Assembly (NCBI GenBank): GCA_964057225.1
Contig: OZ059900.1
Location: 10,354,001-10,418,000, forward strand
Direction: 5' to 3'
DNA from: Auanema rhodensis
Taxonomy: Eukaryota; Animalia; Nematoda
DNA length: 64,000 nt
Both the position numbers and the translations under genes were made by a program. A model generated the notes under the pieces. That model had not been told where the DNA came from. It saw only the letters and a program-made list of their open reading frames with translations, and made no database searches. Below are positions 25,401 to 37,900 of the stretch, piece after piece. Position 1 is the stretch's first letter; each line of letters opens with the position of its first letter.

Positions 25401-27193
25401 TCATCAGAATCTTTGAAATACGGATGAACTAAACATGAACAAATTAGAATAATCATTTAAGAAATTGTAAAACCAATATTACCTTGCTGATGAGGCCGTA
25501 ACACTGCTTTCTCAACAATTTCGGGTGGAACACTAAAGTTAGAAAAGAACGTATTTTCACTTGTTGATTTCTCTAGACTACGAACTTCTACGGATTCATC
25601 TGTATCTTCTTCTTCGACAGTTTCGTCTACAATAGCTTCTGAAATACGATGGTATATTCATTTTCCAACATTTAGCTGATGCAATATATATAAATATCTA
25701 AGAACATGTTTTGAATCATGATCCAAAAGTTATCTGTCCTACCATGAGCACTCAGAAATTGTAAAGCTTTTTCATATTTTTCATCTTGGCTTAGCCGATT
25801 CCAATCAATAAACATAAATTTGATTATTGGAATCATATCAGTTGATACAAATGGTGTTATATCAATAAAGTCAGGTACTTTATCCTCAAGAATCCAGTTA
25901 ATCAGCTTGACAATATCTAAAAATTCAAATAAATTAACTAACCATTTTTTGTTGGTTCATTGAAATAATGTGATGAGATGGTGGACGGTATGGGTGGGAG
26001 AAGTGTTGAAGAGATTGGCAGCATTCCTTTCATCTCTGATGGTACGGATGCAAAACTCATATAAGCAGGCGCCGATGATGATACGGAGGATGTGGCATAC
26101 AGTGAATTAGGTGTGGTTGATGCTACATAGTTTTGTGTCATGCCATCAGACGCAGTTTGTAAACTCAATGGCCGACCATACTTATCACATGGAGGATTGA
26201 CACACGTGGTATACATGCGAGTTATCTTTTTTTGTTTTGTTGGATATCTTGTTAGGTATTTTGCACACAAAGCTTCATTAACTTTCGTTACGTCCACATC
26301 AGAACGACGAATTTTCGAAAGTTGCCATTCACACAGACATTCAAATGGTACAACCGTCTGAGATATGCCGAGATTCAAAAAGTACTGACAAAAATCTGAA
26401 ATGAGTCACTCACAACATGCACATCATGCATGAAAGTTTTGAAATTTCTTCACGATTAAGCAGAGAATAAGAAATTTTACATAAAATCAAATTTCAAAAC
26501 ATCTTTTTCATGCAGATTTGGGAAGAAATATCACACTAAACATGCGCATAATAGGCTTACCGATGATTTCAACTGTGAAATTACGTTCAATCGATCCAAC
26601 CTGATTACTAACTTTACATGTCCACAAACCCTAGAAATAGAAATAATTAAATGAGAATAGCTTTTTTCGTTTTTCTTTAATTTTTTGAATTAAGTAAAAG
26701 CAACTTTTAATCAAAAAATGCATTAAAATTTGATGAATGTTCGTCTTCTTCAATGTCGTAAAAACAAAAAAATGTTCACTTTGATGTTGACCTTACCTGG
26801 TCTGATACTTCAACTTTACGTATTTCTAATGTCATATGTTTACGACTTTCCCGAAAACGATTAGTCTTGATTTTCCGGGGCTCCACAACTTCTCCGTTAC
26901 GATACCAAGTAACAGCAGCTTCTGATTTTGATAAAGCATAGCAAGATAGTTTAACCTGAGTTAATTGAACGCATCAATTAGAAGGCATATGCAAAGAAAA
27001 ACTTACCTTATCGCCTAGGTATACTTCATGAATTTGCTTTTCAAACGTTTTAAACCTCGGTACGCCATCTGAATTGAGATGTTCATATGTAATTCAAAAA
27101 ATGAAGCAATAGGTGGTTACCTCGGAAGAGATGTGGTGGTGTAGCCAATAATATAGGAAATATCACCAAAAATTGGAAAAGCAAATATTTCAT
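22456..27193 (-). CDS. egl-15: Fibroblast growth factor receptor (3 Ig domains, alternative exon 5, acid box, TM, tyrosine kinase)
   Basis: Signal peptide [17 protein letters not shown], Ig1 (VKLSC..W..DQGLWTC), acid box ([11 protein letters not shown]), Ig2 ([18 protein letters not shown]), Ig3 ([25 protein letters not shown]), TM segment, and kinase ([54 protein letters not shown]). The exact last exon is ambiguous. Confidence 0.96.
26411..26430 (-). promoter_or_regulatory. Intronic splicing element: tandem RBFOX (UGCAUG) sites with SUP-12-like GU-rich flank upstream of egl-15 exon 5B
   Basis: The minus strand reads TGCATG-ATG-TGCATG-TTGTG, 16-35 nt upstream of the first base of the exon at 26395. 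This resembles the UGCAUG+GUGUG element known from C. elegans egl-15 intron 4. A third TGCATG is at 26509-26514. Confidence 0.8.
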
Positions 27194-30100
27194 TATTATA
27201 GCAACATTCTTCTTGTTTCAACTGTTACTAAACAATGTTTTTAATAATTATAACAAGAAAGATTGACATAAAAACAAATAACATTAATTTAAATGGCTAA
27301 TAAAATAAGAGTTTAAATGCTGGTACATGAAATTGACACAAAATCATTAACATGATGACTGATTAGTCGAGAAAACAAGAAAACATGACTCGATATTACA
27401 AGAAAAAACATGATTTGACACTTATCAAACACAAAAATGACAAAAATATCACAGCGAATTGTAAGAAAACTATCAAAAGTTTGTCGCTTACTTAGTTTTT
27501 TTTTCTTTTAAAATGTTTTAAAAGAAATAATTAGATAGGAAATAAGTGAAAACTATACGTTAAATGGAACATATTATTTAAAACTTTAAATTTATAATAA
27601 ATACATCATTTATTGATTAGTTTAATAATAAATTGATAAAAATTGAAAATAAATTAAAAAAGTAAATATGAAAAATAATTATATTTCAGGTATTCAATAG
27701 AGATACGCTGATTATATGAAGAAATGAGAAAAAAAGTTGAAAATTTCTCATATACAGATAGATAGATGGATAGATAAAACCAATAGCAATTGTCGATGAT
27801 AATTGATTGTGATCGATACGAGAGGCTGAAAATGGAAAATTGTCATCTTTCTCTCGATCTTATTCTCAATATGATGGTTTTCTCGATGACAGACATGCTT
27901 ACTTCGTTGTTCTTCGCTTCTCGTTGTATTTCTCTTTCTCTCTCGCTTTGCCTCTCTTTTCCTTTTTCTCATTTACTTTCATGAATCTTGAAATTGTCTC
28001 TAACGTTTACCCTATCTCATCATGTTCTCCATAATTTCTAATGATTTTCTTTCAAATGTTTGCATCATGCTACTCTATCTCTCTCTTCTTCACTTCATCT
28101 CTGACACGCTATCGTAGTCAATCATGAATATCATCTTCATTTACTTTTTCAATTAATGTATATATTCTCTCCGCATTCCGTAATCTCTTGCGTTAACTAC
28201 GACACCAACATCTTCATCATAATCATAGCTTTCATCTCCTTTACCACACATGTTTCATCAATTAATTAGCAAAAGCATTGTGATTTTCGACTCGTTCACA
28301 TGTTTTCACCTTTTCCTTAAAAAGTTTTCAATTTTTCTTAACGCTTCCTCGATAAAACTGTGCTCCCCAATCGCCTTGAACGTCTTCATTCATTTATCTG
28401 CAAATCATTGCTCAATGTCACAACTGTACTTGCTATGGCTGCCTTCACAATTCCAGTTTGAGTCAATATCATTTCAAGACCATTTTGACCCTGTTGGTGC
28501 GTGTGTGTCTTTACACAGTTGTTTTATTATCATCTAACAATTAAACGTCAGTTGAGTATGAATAGATGCCAGCTAAGAAAGTGAGAGAGACTTATAATGA
28601 GAGGTAGCAGATACTTTACTACGAATGGTGATTACTACACAATCATGTATGAAAACTCTTAGAATATCTTGTTTGCATCACATCGCAATACACCTGGGAG
28701 TAGAAGGCATTGCGATCTTTGTGATTTATAAGCATTAAGTTAATCTATTTTCTAACCAGATCGTAGACATTCTTCTCCTCTCCTTCTCCTCTTGTCTAAA
28801 CCGCTCCCTATTTCTATTGTCTATTGATTATTCACATATAAAACTTTCTCTTGAAAATCAGGCTAAACAACATTTTTCAATTTGAAAAATAATAACTATT
28901 TCGAAAATAATGATTAAAATCAATTTGTAGAAAAAGAACAATATTATATACAATCAAGATATTTCAACTAATTGCCAACAGAATTGGAAATTAAAGTTCA
29001 TTCTCATAAAAATTAACCTTAAACATAGAAAAATTGAATGAAAACATGTTGGAACAAGAAAACTTTGTAATTCAGTTGTCGAAAGTCTACATGAGAAATG
29101 AAAAATCAATTGAAAATCATAAAAATGATCATGAATTATAAGAAAATATAAAATTATTAATATTATCTTAAATAATTATAGAATATTATTATATAATATG
29201 TTATAATCTAATTGAAATATAGTATAATAGTGTTTGGGTTTCAAATATTTGGATTCAATATGAAAAGCATCCATCCATCCGGTGGTGAACAAGATTGAAA
29301 AACAAAGTGCATCGTCATAAACGATATCATTACATCAATGCAAGATAATATCAGCTAATATAGCATAGTCTAGCATCAATAGTACATCCAAAAATCATAG
29401 CCGAGGTCAATATGCAACTACTGCGAGTTGAGCGCACAAGGGGTCACATACATCGTACCATATGGTTATCAGCGATATATCTGTGTTTACGAATAGTATA
29501 TGTCTACGAGCCAAGTTTTATTTAAATTCTACGTATAATACAGACATACATAGATGCACATTTTGTATATTTAAACTTATTTATTATTACATATGCTATT
29601 AGCGTATGGTTAATGATGAAAATCTCTCAAATTATATGTTTATTACAGAGATGTACTTCGGTTACTCAATTTTATGATGTCTGAATAACAGTTGAGAGTA
29701 AACTATATCAAAATAATTAAATGTACTAATATATAAGAAATTTTAAAAATGTTTTCTGATATCTTAGTATAAGATGAATTGTTATTATTTCCAGATATCA
29801 TAGTTTGATCAATTACAGCTGCTATAAAACTGAATAAAATGTATAAAATTATATATTATAAATAGCAAATGCTTCATAATTTTGTTATTTTGACTTCAAA
29901 TTTTTTTCTGATATATTTTGTTACGAAGAATAGAAGTGTGATGTCTTTTAAATTTCACCAAAAAAGTGTTATTCTAAATATGCTTGTGTTGAATGTTATA
30001 AATTATTATAATTAAATTCATCTAACAATGTTTATTTTTATCGCAAACCAACAATTTTCTTATTCAACTGTTAAATTATTAATTAAAATTATATAAATAG

Positions 30101-30288
30101 ATATTTAAACTAAGTAAAAATGTTGTTCAATCAAGAGAATTATAAGAAAATACATGTAAATTCTACATGTTTATCGTTTATATGAAATAATATATTTTGC
30201 ATATTAGAAGACATGAGTTAGTAATGTGAGAAAATGCTTAGTGCTTGAAGAAACACAAAGTGATGATGGTAGATTCTGATGTAGATTG

Positions 30289-33010
30289 TCATGGCGGTGA
30301 AATGGAAACACTGTCATATTGCTTAATGGATTGATGATCTCTCTGAATACATTTTATAATTAGTTTATATACTAACTATGTTCTTTTTCACCGTTATCTT
30401 AAGGTAGCATAGATAAATAGTCTCCAAGACTACAATAATGCCGAGAAACCCAATAATCAAATAATATACTTGAGTAATTGAATCATTATTAGATGTGCAA
30501 TACACATTATTCTCTAATAATTCTTGCGGCATTATTTCTGCTACTGATTCTCTTACATTCAAATCTTCGTTCACAGTATTTATTGCTATTACAGATGAAT
30601 CAGTTGTTTGTTCTTGTGCTAAAACAGATGTTTCATCTTAAGCTTATCAAAGCACAATACCTCTTTCTTGCATTTCTCGCACTTCTTTGCCATGTTGTAA
30701 CATTTTTCGAATTTCATGACCATTTTTGAAAAATTCTCGAATATCTTCACCGTTTCTCACCATTTCGCGAATGTCTTTAGCCTTTTTCAATAGTCTTTCT
30801 CTTTCTGAATCATAATGCAATTTTTCGTTATCATCTTCATCAGTTGTAATATTTTCTACTTCCTTCTGAACGTTTGTTTCTAAAATAAGCATCAGTTTTA
30901 GGAAAGGTTTAACTTCATTCTCACCATTTTCAAAAGCTTTTGTTGTAGCTTCTTCGATATGAACAGCATTTAGCATAGCTGTTTCATTGTTCAAACTTTT
31001 TCGTATTTCCATAAACTTTTCGTACTCCTCATGAGATTGTGCTATGATTTCTCTATTCATTCGATCTATAAATATTATAAGTTAATTAAATTATATTACG
31101 ATGACGTTATGCTCTTACCACTCTGATATTTATTATATGGGCTTAATCGTTTATTAATGCGTTTAACTGTTCTTTCAATTTCTTCAAATTTATTTTCTAA
31201 ATTTATACAATTTGAATGAATAATTAATAATGGTATACATACCCTCATATACGTTTCCAAGAAACCTTCCAGCAATATCATATATTTCTTTGATTGTTTC
31301 AACTAAAATGAAAGACTAGTATTCATGATAATATTCAAAATGCTATTTTTATCATTAAACAAACCAATTGTTTGATTTTCTGACGTTTTCTCAAAGCATG
31401 CTTCATTCTTATATATACTCAAGCCAGATGTTACAGCTTGGTTCTTAGTTCTGAACTGTTCAAAGTTTTCTGGTCCACCTTGTTTGTCAGACAAATGTCG
31501 AAGTTCTATATTTAATTATTTATAATTATAGCATATAGACCTAATTATAATTGAACTACCGTATATTTTACCACCTCCTTGATAGTATCTAGGCAAATCT
31601 GGAAAATCTTCTTCTTGTACAGCTTTTGGATCTGGATGAAGATTAGTAAAAGTGGAAGAATAATAGTCTTTTTTACCTTCTGCTGTCCAATCAACTATTT
31701 TCTTTTCAGAAATATCTAGAAACAAATCTTTTATATAGAATTACATTACAGAAAGTAGTTTTTGACAAAATTAAGAATAATATACCTTTAACTAATGGAA
31801 GTTTATTGCATTCAGTACTAGTACAGCAGCAATTAGCCATGATTTCTGTTCTATTTTTATTTTTCATATTTTCAAAATCAATATATGCTAAACACTGCAA
31901 TTATTAAAATAAACAAAAAAAAGTACAAATGGAACATGAAGATCATCTTACTGAAAATGGTCTGCTACACATTTCAATTGTCATCAAAGGCACATTTACT
32001 CCAGATGATTCAACTGGTGTAATTTCCCGCGTATGAATCTAAACAAGTCAGTTGAGCATGACATAATTTGAATTTCATGTCTGCTTACATTAACTTTAAA
32101 CGTCGAATAGCATATCGGAAATGTGAGTGGAGCTTTCGTTGAATGAACTGCAATCATATTTTTTCCTTTCGGTTCACCACGCTCACTAATCTGCCAATTG
32201 AATTTCATGAAATGTATAAGAAGTATCTGTTTCAAATCATACAAAGCATCTTATAAGTGGTAGTCCACGATAAAATTCGCTGCCGAAAAATCCATGGTAA
32301 TAATGAAGAACTATGTTGGTTTCAGTATGTTCCAAATATTTATTGAATACTTCTTCAGACTAAAACTTTTTTTTTCTCAGTCAACTCTTCTACTAGGCTA
32401 ACCATATCATAATTTTGTTTTTGAATCATATCATTCATGAGTAGATAGTCAGAGTGATTTGAACAAAATTGTCCTATAATATTCTATATGTTTATAACAG
32501 TATAGCTGACTTGAATACTTTTTTCATTCACATTTAAATAATTTTTTATTAATTTAAGAATATAAATTTGAATTATATTAAAAATGTACTAATTTATAAA
32601 TCAAAAATGTTCGCTTAATCAGTTTTTATCTGAATAGACTAGAAAACAAAGATAAGACCATTTTCTAAATAATTTCATCAATCGAATAAAAATAATAACG
32701 TTCATGATTAAAGATCACTAATTGTACCTCGATAATAAAAACGATGATGATTTCTTAGTGGCTTGAACGGATGAAATATTCTGGGTTCACCACTAATGTC
32801 TGGCAAATTTGGTATATAATTGAAAATTCTGAAAGATGTTCCAAAGAATTTTTCTTGCGTTGAAGTATAAATATGGAAGTTGCTTGGCGACATACGATCT
32901 ACATCAGTATAAAGTAGATTATCGCAAGCACAGTGTATTCGGATGACAACTTGTAGAATACATAATATCACAAATAGCTGATGATCTGATGGTCGTATGC
33001 TTAACTTCAT
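30289..33010 (-). CDS. Uncharacterised type-I membrane protein: Cys-rich three-finger/activin-receptor-like module, coiled coil with 10-aa repeats, TM, short tail
   Basis: About 13 exons join in consistent phases. Product: signal-like LFVILCILQVVIRIHCA; LIRCF...PICYSTF...EMCSRPFSCLAY...ANCCCTSTECNKLP; a charged helical region; TM VYYLIIGFLGIIVVLETIYLCYL; tail ending QYDSVSISPP, stop TGA at 30289-30291. Confidence 0.75.
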
Positions 33011-34646
33011 GTATAGCAAAAACTGAAATTAGGAGATTTAGAACGGTAGAAAACTGGCTATGAATGAATCGGATTGTTCTGTTGAATTTTGAATAAAGAC
33101 TATAATGAGTTTGAAGAAAATGAAGGTATAACCAGACTTATATACTATTAAAAATTAATTATTCAATATATTAGATATAACAATAAAAGTTAAATTAGAT
33201 TTAGTTCATTTTAAAAATAGAATCTCAAACAGATCATAGAAAAGGTAGACGATAACTGGGAGCAATAAGACCACAGTTTAGGGTTGAACATGAACACTTG
33301 AACACAGACTACATTTGATATAATATTCCATAAATAGTAATTGAATTGTTAAGTTTTGGTTATGTTTTAGTTAAAATGAAATGTTTTCATACCCATATTC
33401 AGAATATTAGCAAAATGTTTAAAAACTTATAAATTGAAGGAAAACTGTTTGGAATCAATAATTCAAACTGTAAGTATCAAAGCACAGACACTTAAGTTTC
33501 TTAGAAACTACAAAAAAAAACATTTTCAGCTTGAAAATAGGTTAATATTAAAGTGATGTAACAATTAATATATATTACATCATACAGATGAAGTTACCTT
33601 TGTAAGAACTGCTATATGAAATCACAGAATGCAGTGTTCTCCTAGCACAATCAGTCTATAGTGGGCGGCGTAGTTCATGCGCATAATAGATCACTAACGT
33701 TCAAAATGTGTAAGTGAAATAGCGCCCTTTTTTCTTTCCTGATTTCAAAGTTCTCTTGTAAATTTATGTATTATTATCTCACTACATTATTGTTTCTATT
33801 GTTTCATTCAGTTTATCAATACGGTCGCAAAATGATATTTGGCTTCATAAACGTATGAGTATATCAATTTTTCTCTGATTATGACGGCAATAAGATGCTG
33901 TTTATTATCAGAAATCATTGGCTCAGTCGATTATTCTAGTCAAAAAGTTAACGTTGCACATATTTTGATAAGAAATAGTTGAAGAAAGAAAAAGTATTCA
34001 TTTCAATCTAACATTAACAGTCCATGTGAATGTTATCTGAAGATAAAGCAAGCGGTAAGAGTTCATAGAGAACTTTGGTTTCGAAAAGAAATGTTTGAAA
34101 AATGCTGAATTTTATAATAAAAATGTGTACATATTTGGCTTTATATCATAATTTGCGTAGAGAAATAGATGGAAAATCATGAGATCATATGGATTGTTCA
34201 AACTTGAGACGACAAGCGTATGAGGTTTTAAAGAAAAAATGAAACTAATTGGTATGGGGAGCAAACACTTAAATGGAAGGAAATTGCAGATTGGGGAAAA
34301 AGACAAACTTTCTATTGATCTTGATATAGATTTTAATCTTCTTTTCGTGCAAACGACTGAGTTGCAATTGATAAAATCTTGTTTTCTAAAACAGTTTGCT
34401 CAAAAACAAATGAATCTCAAGCAGCTAAGAACTAAAGAAAAGGAGAAGAGAAGCGGAGATGATAAACAGCATATTTAGATGACAATAGTAAGAACAGATA
34501 CACGAGATGAAGAAAGAGTTTCATACAGGAAGTGATTTTGGCTAGTTATGGCGGGAAACGTGACATAGTGGCGGTTTATGGAAATAGCATGTAGAAGCTT
34601 TTCGGAGTTGATTTTCTTCGGACGATCCTAATCAGTTTGGATAGTC

Positions 34647-34969
34647 TTATCTTCCAAGCTTCGGAACCTGAAACAGTTTATGCATATGTCTGAATTCAAA
34701 TCCTTTGGAGATTAATACCTGAAGACTCCATTGATTTTCAACTTGCGGTGGGATACCAGGCGATGCAATCGTAGGATGATCAGCTCCGCAAACAGAGGTT
34801 GGTTCGATAACTGAAACATATCCAAAATATGCATTTCATTCAGACAAATTTCATTAATTGTTAATGTGAAAACGCAGAATTAGTTTGTTTTTGTAGCAAC
34901 ATTACCATTGATCCTAACATCAGGTTTCGGAGTAAATGCTTCACGTACACAAGAACACAAGCAGCCCAT
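34647..34969 (-). CDS. 58-aa microprotein, predicted N-myristoylated/S-acylated, with PxIxIT-like and LxVP motifs
   Basis: TTTCAG acceptor 2 nt before the ATG. Exons 34969-34906, 34810-34719 and 34667-34647 are joined by GT..TTTCAG introns of 95 and 51 nt. Product: MGCLCSCVREAFTPKPDVRINVIEPTSVCGADHPTIASPGIPPQVENQWSLQVPKLGR. Exons are GC-richer than their flanks. Confidence 0.75.
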
Positions 34970-37900
34970 AACTGAAATAAATAAATATATATATATATAT
35001 AACTATAAAATATAATAATTAAGAAATATATATTTATTAGAGAAAGTAATATAACAATAATATAGTATGAATAAAATATTAATAATAATATATTAAATAT
35101 GTTATAATAATAAAAAGGAAATGGAACAAAAGTAAAAAAGTTTAATGCATATAGTGCTTTTTTCTTGTTTAGATAACAGATTTGTAAGCGATAGTGTAAC
35201 ATTTAGCTATGTGGTTCAAGTTTCTTTTCAAATTTTGAAACTAAATCATCAAAGTTATGTGAAGAAATATAAATATGACGTATTTGTATTAAGTAAGCTG
35301 AATATTCTGTGCATTTTAAATGAATTTAAGTAAAAAGGGAATGTTACACAACACAGTGTGCTTCTGTTAGACGATTTGACAGCCAAAGAACTTGGAAGAG
35401 AAAGAATAATTAAAGAAAGTTGTAATTCTTTGATCATTGCATATAGGCTTAAATGTTCCTTGGACATGTAAATGCGTTCAAATTAATAAAATCTTGCTTA
35501 ACTATATAACTATATGTAATTAACTATTAAGCATGAAGATACTTCTCTACCATTGATTTGAATCCTCGAAAGTATTAAGATTGAAATTCAAAATAGAAGT
35601 TTACTATATATTTCAGATTGAAGAAATAGTATAAAACAAAGTGCGGAATACAGATAAAAAATGATGAACAAGAGTGCGAGTAACAGTTGTAGTTGGATGA
35701 ATAAAAATAAAAATATACTTTCTGGCTGGCTGAAAAACGCTTCGCATATCTTGCTGATTTCAATTGAATTCAATGAAAAGTGCAAATTTAACAGATTTGT
35801 ACTGCTGATTACGTGGTGAAGCAATTTGCATCCATATGCGCATGATATGGTGAATGATGCACAACTACTGCTTGCATAATTCAGTTGGAAACCTGCTATA
35901 TAGCTGAAGATGCTGTAGCCTCCTAGTTGTGTTCAGTTGTTTGAAAAAGTTAACAGATCTATGCTTTTTATATTCAGGGAAATGAGTTGCGCATATGCAA
36001 ATGTCGTTTTGTAAGCTAAATAAAAACAGCAAAATGGGGGAAAACAGAGTTTGATGCCTACAACGGCATATTGCCAGCCCTATGTTGCTCTCTAATTTCA
36101 GGTTTGCAGTAGGAATTTGTTTCCATACTGACTCGAGCAGTTTCATATTTCGTTACGCAAATTCAGATTCAGAACTTTTCTGGCCTGGTTTCAACTCTTT
36201 ATTTCTCTAAAAATATGTTTAGTCTCTCCCTTCTCTGCTTCACTCTATATTTATCTATTCAGACTCTTTCTCTCTTTTTTTCTCGCATATCCCATTTCTG
36301 AACATATACAATATTTTCATTTTGATTCGGTTTAGTTTCTCTTTGTCTTTCTTTCTATTTTTTTATCTCTTTCTCTCTATCTCTTCCTCTTTTTCTCTTT
36401 CTCTTTTTTTTCAGTGGTGCCTCAATATCTATAGCGAATTTTCTCTTCTTATGTCATCTGTTTTTAAAAATCTTAAACGGACACACTATGTCTTTGATCG
36501 CCAAACAACGATATGTATTCATTTCCTGAACTTATGGAAAGATACGGGAGTGCTCAATATAAAGTGAATGAGCATGACAAAAAGCTCACCAATGCGGAAT
36601 ATGTTTTCGAACTTTTGGGTGTAGATCAATGATCCTTGTTGTTGAGAGAAAAATTAAAACGCAGAGCAACTGAGATGCAAAACAGTCAATGAAAACAAAT
36701 TACAAGAAAAATATCTGCAGTTCAAGTTCATTAAACAAAACAACTTTCATTTCTTGTGGTATTTTTAGTTTTGAATGATTGTTTGTAGCAAAAAGTATAG
36801 TAAATAGTACTGGTGATTGGTAAAGTAGAATGGTAATGAGGTAATAAAATAAATATTTAGAGAAATACAAACAAATATTTCTTTTGTTCTAATCTATTTC
36901 TTTTAAAAAAATTGGTAAATAATCGTGAAGATGAAAGAATGACAGCACTACATAATTCATTAATGAAAATTGAGAAACAGATAATGATTGAAATGAAATT
37001 GCTCATCTTCAAAACGAAACAGCATGAGAAAACCTACTATGACTTGCTTTATGACAACATTTACACACTTTAAATCCCATTTCGGCCATGTGAAAGTGAC
37101 AATAACAAATCATAACTGCAGGAAAGGAAGCAAATTTCACATTGCAAAAGCATGGTTATATGTAAAATGAGTAGTTTAATAATTTAAACATAAAATTTAT
37201 AATGAACTAATTGAGACATCATGATTAAATAAACACATTTCATATGATGTAGTTTTTCCAAGAATGAAATATCAAAAATATAATTAGGGAGAAACATCTC
37301 AGTTCGTTTAGCTTCAGACATGTAAAAATAATAAGATATTCTTATAGTCAAGTTAATTCTGAATATTTTCAATTTCTTCTGAATGTATCTTGAGCATTAT
37401 ATGATATTCAGCATACAAATACAAAGTTATTGAACAAGAAAATGATAGAGGGTGATAATTTTCAATTTAACATTGTCTTTCATGTTGAAATCGATTGAAT
37501 TTTTAAAAGTTTTGCTAAAAATACTTAGAAGAATGAAAAACATTTCTACCTCTCTATATAGACATAGTTGAAAGATAGTTTATAATATATTCATGTTTTG
37601 TAAGAATAATATATAATTCACCTACACTATATGATAAAAATTGTCAAAATGCTATAAACTAGCAATATACTATAAGTATAATATGAATACGAAATTTTCT
37701 AATAATATAATATTAAAATAGTTTGAACAATATAATTGAAAAATTGCGATTTCACTAATAACTAACATAAATTTATTAAAAAAAAATATAAAACATTATG
37801 ATTACAACTTAATTAAAGAAAAATCAAATATTATTTTTCTCTGTTTCTATCCAGCTCTCGCTCCCTCTTTCCCATAATCTCTCACTTTTAACTTCTTGGT

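Noticed and set aside
34180-34200. TGAGATCAT, bantam/mir-58-family-like 5' end
   Set aside because: No complementary arm for a pre-miRNA was seen.
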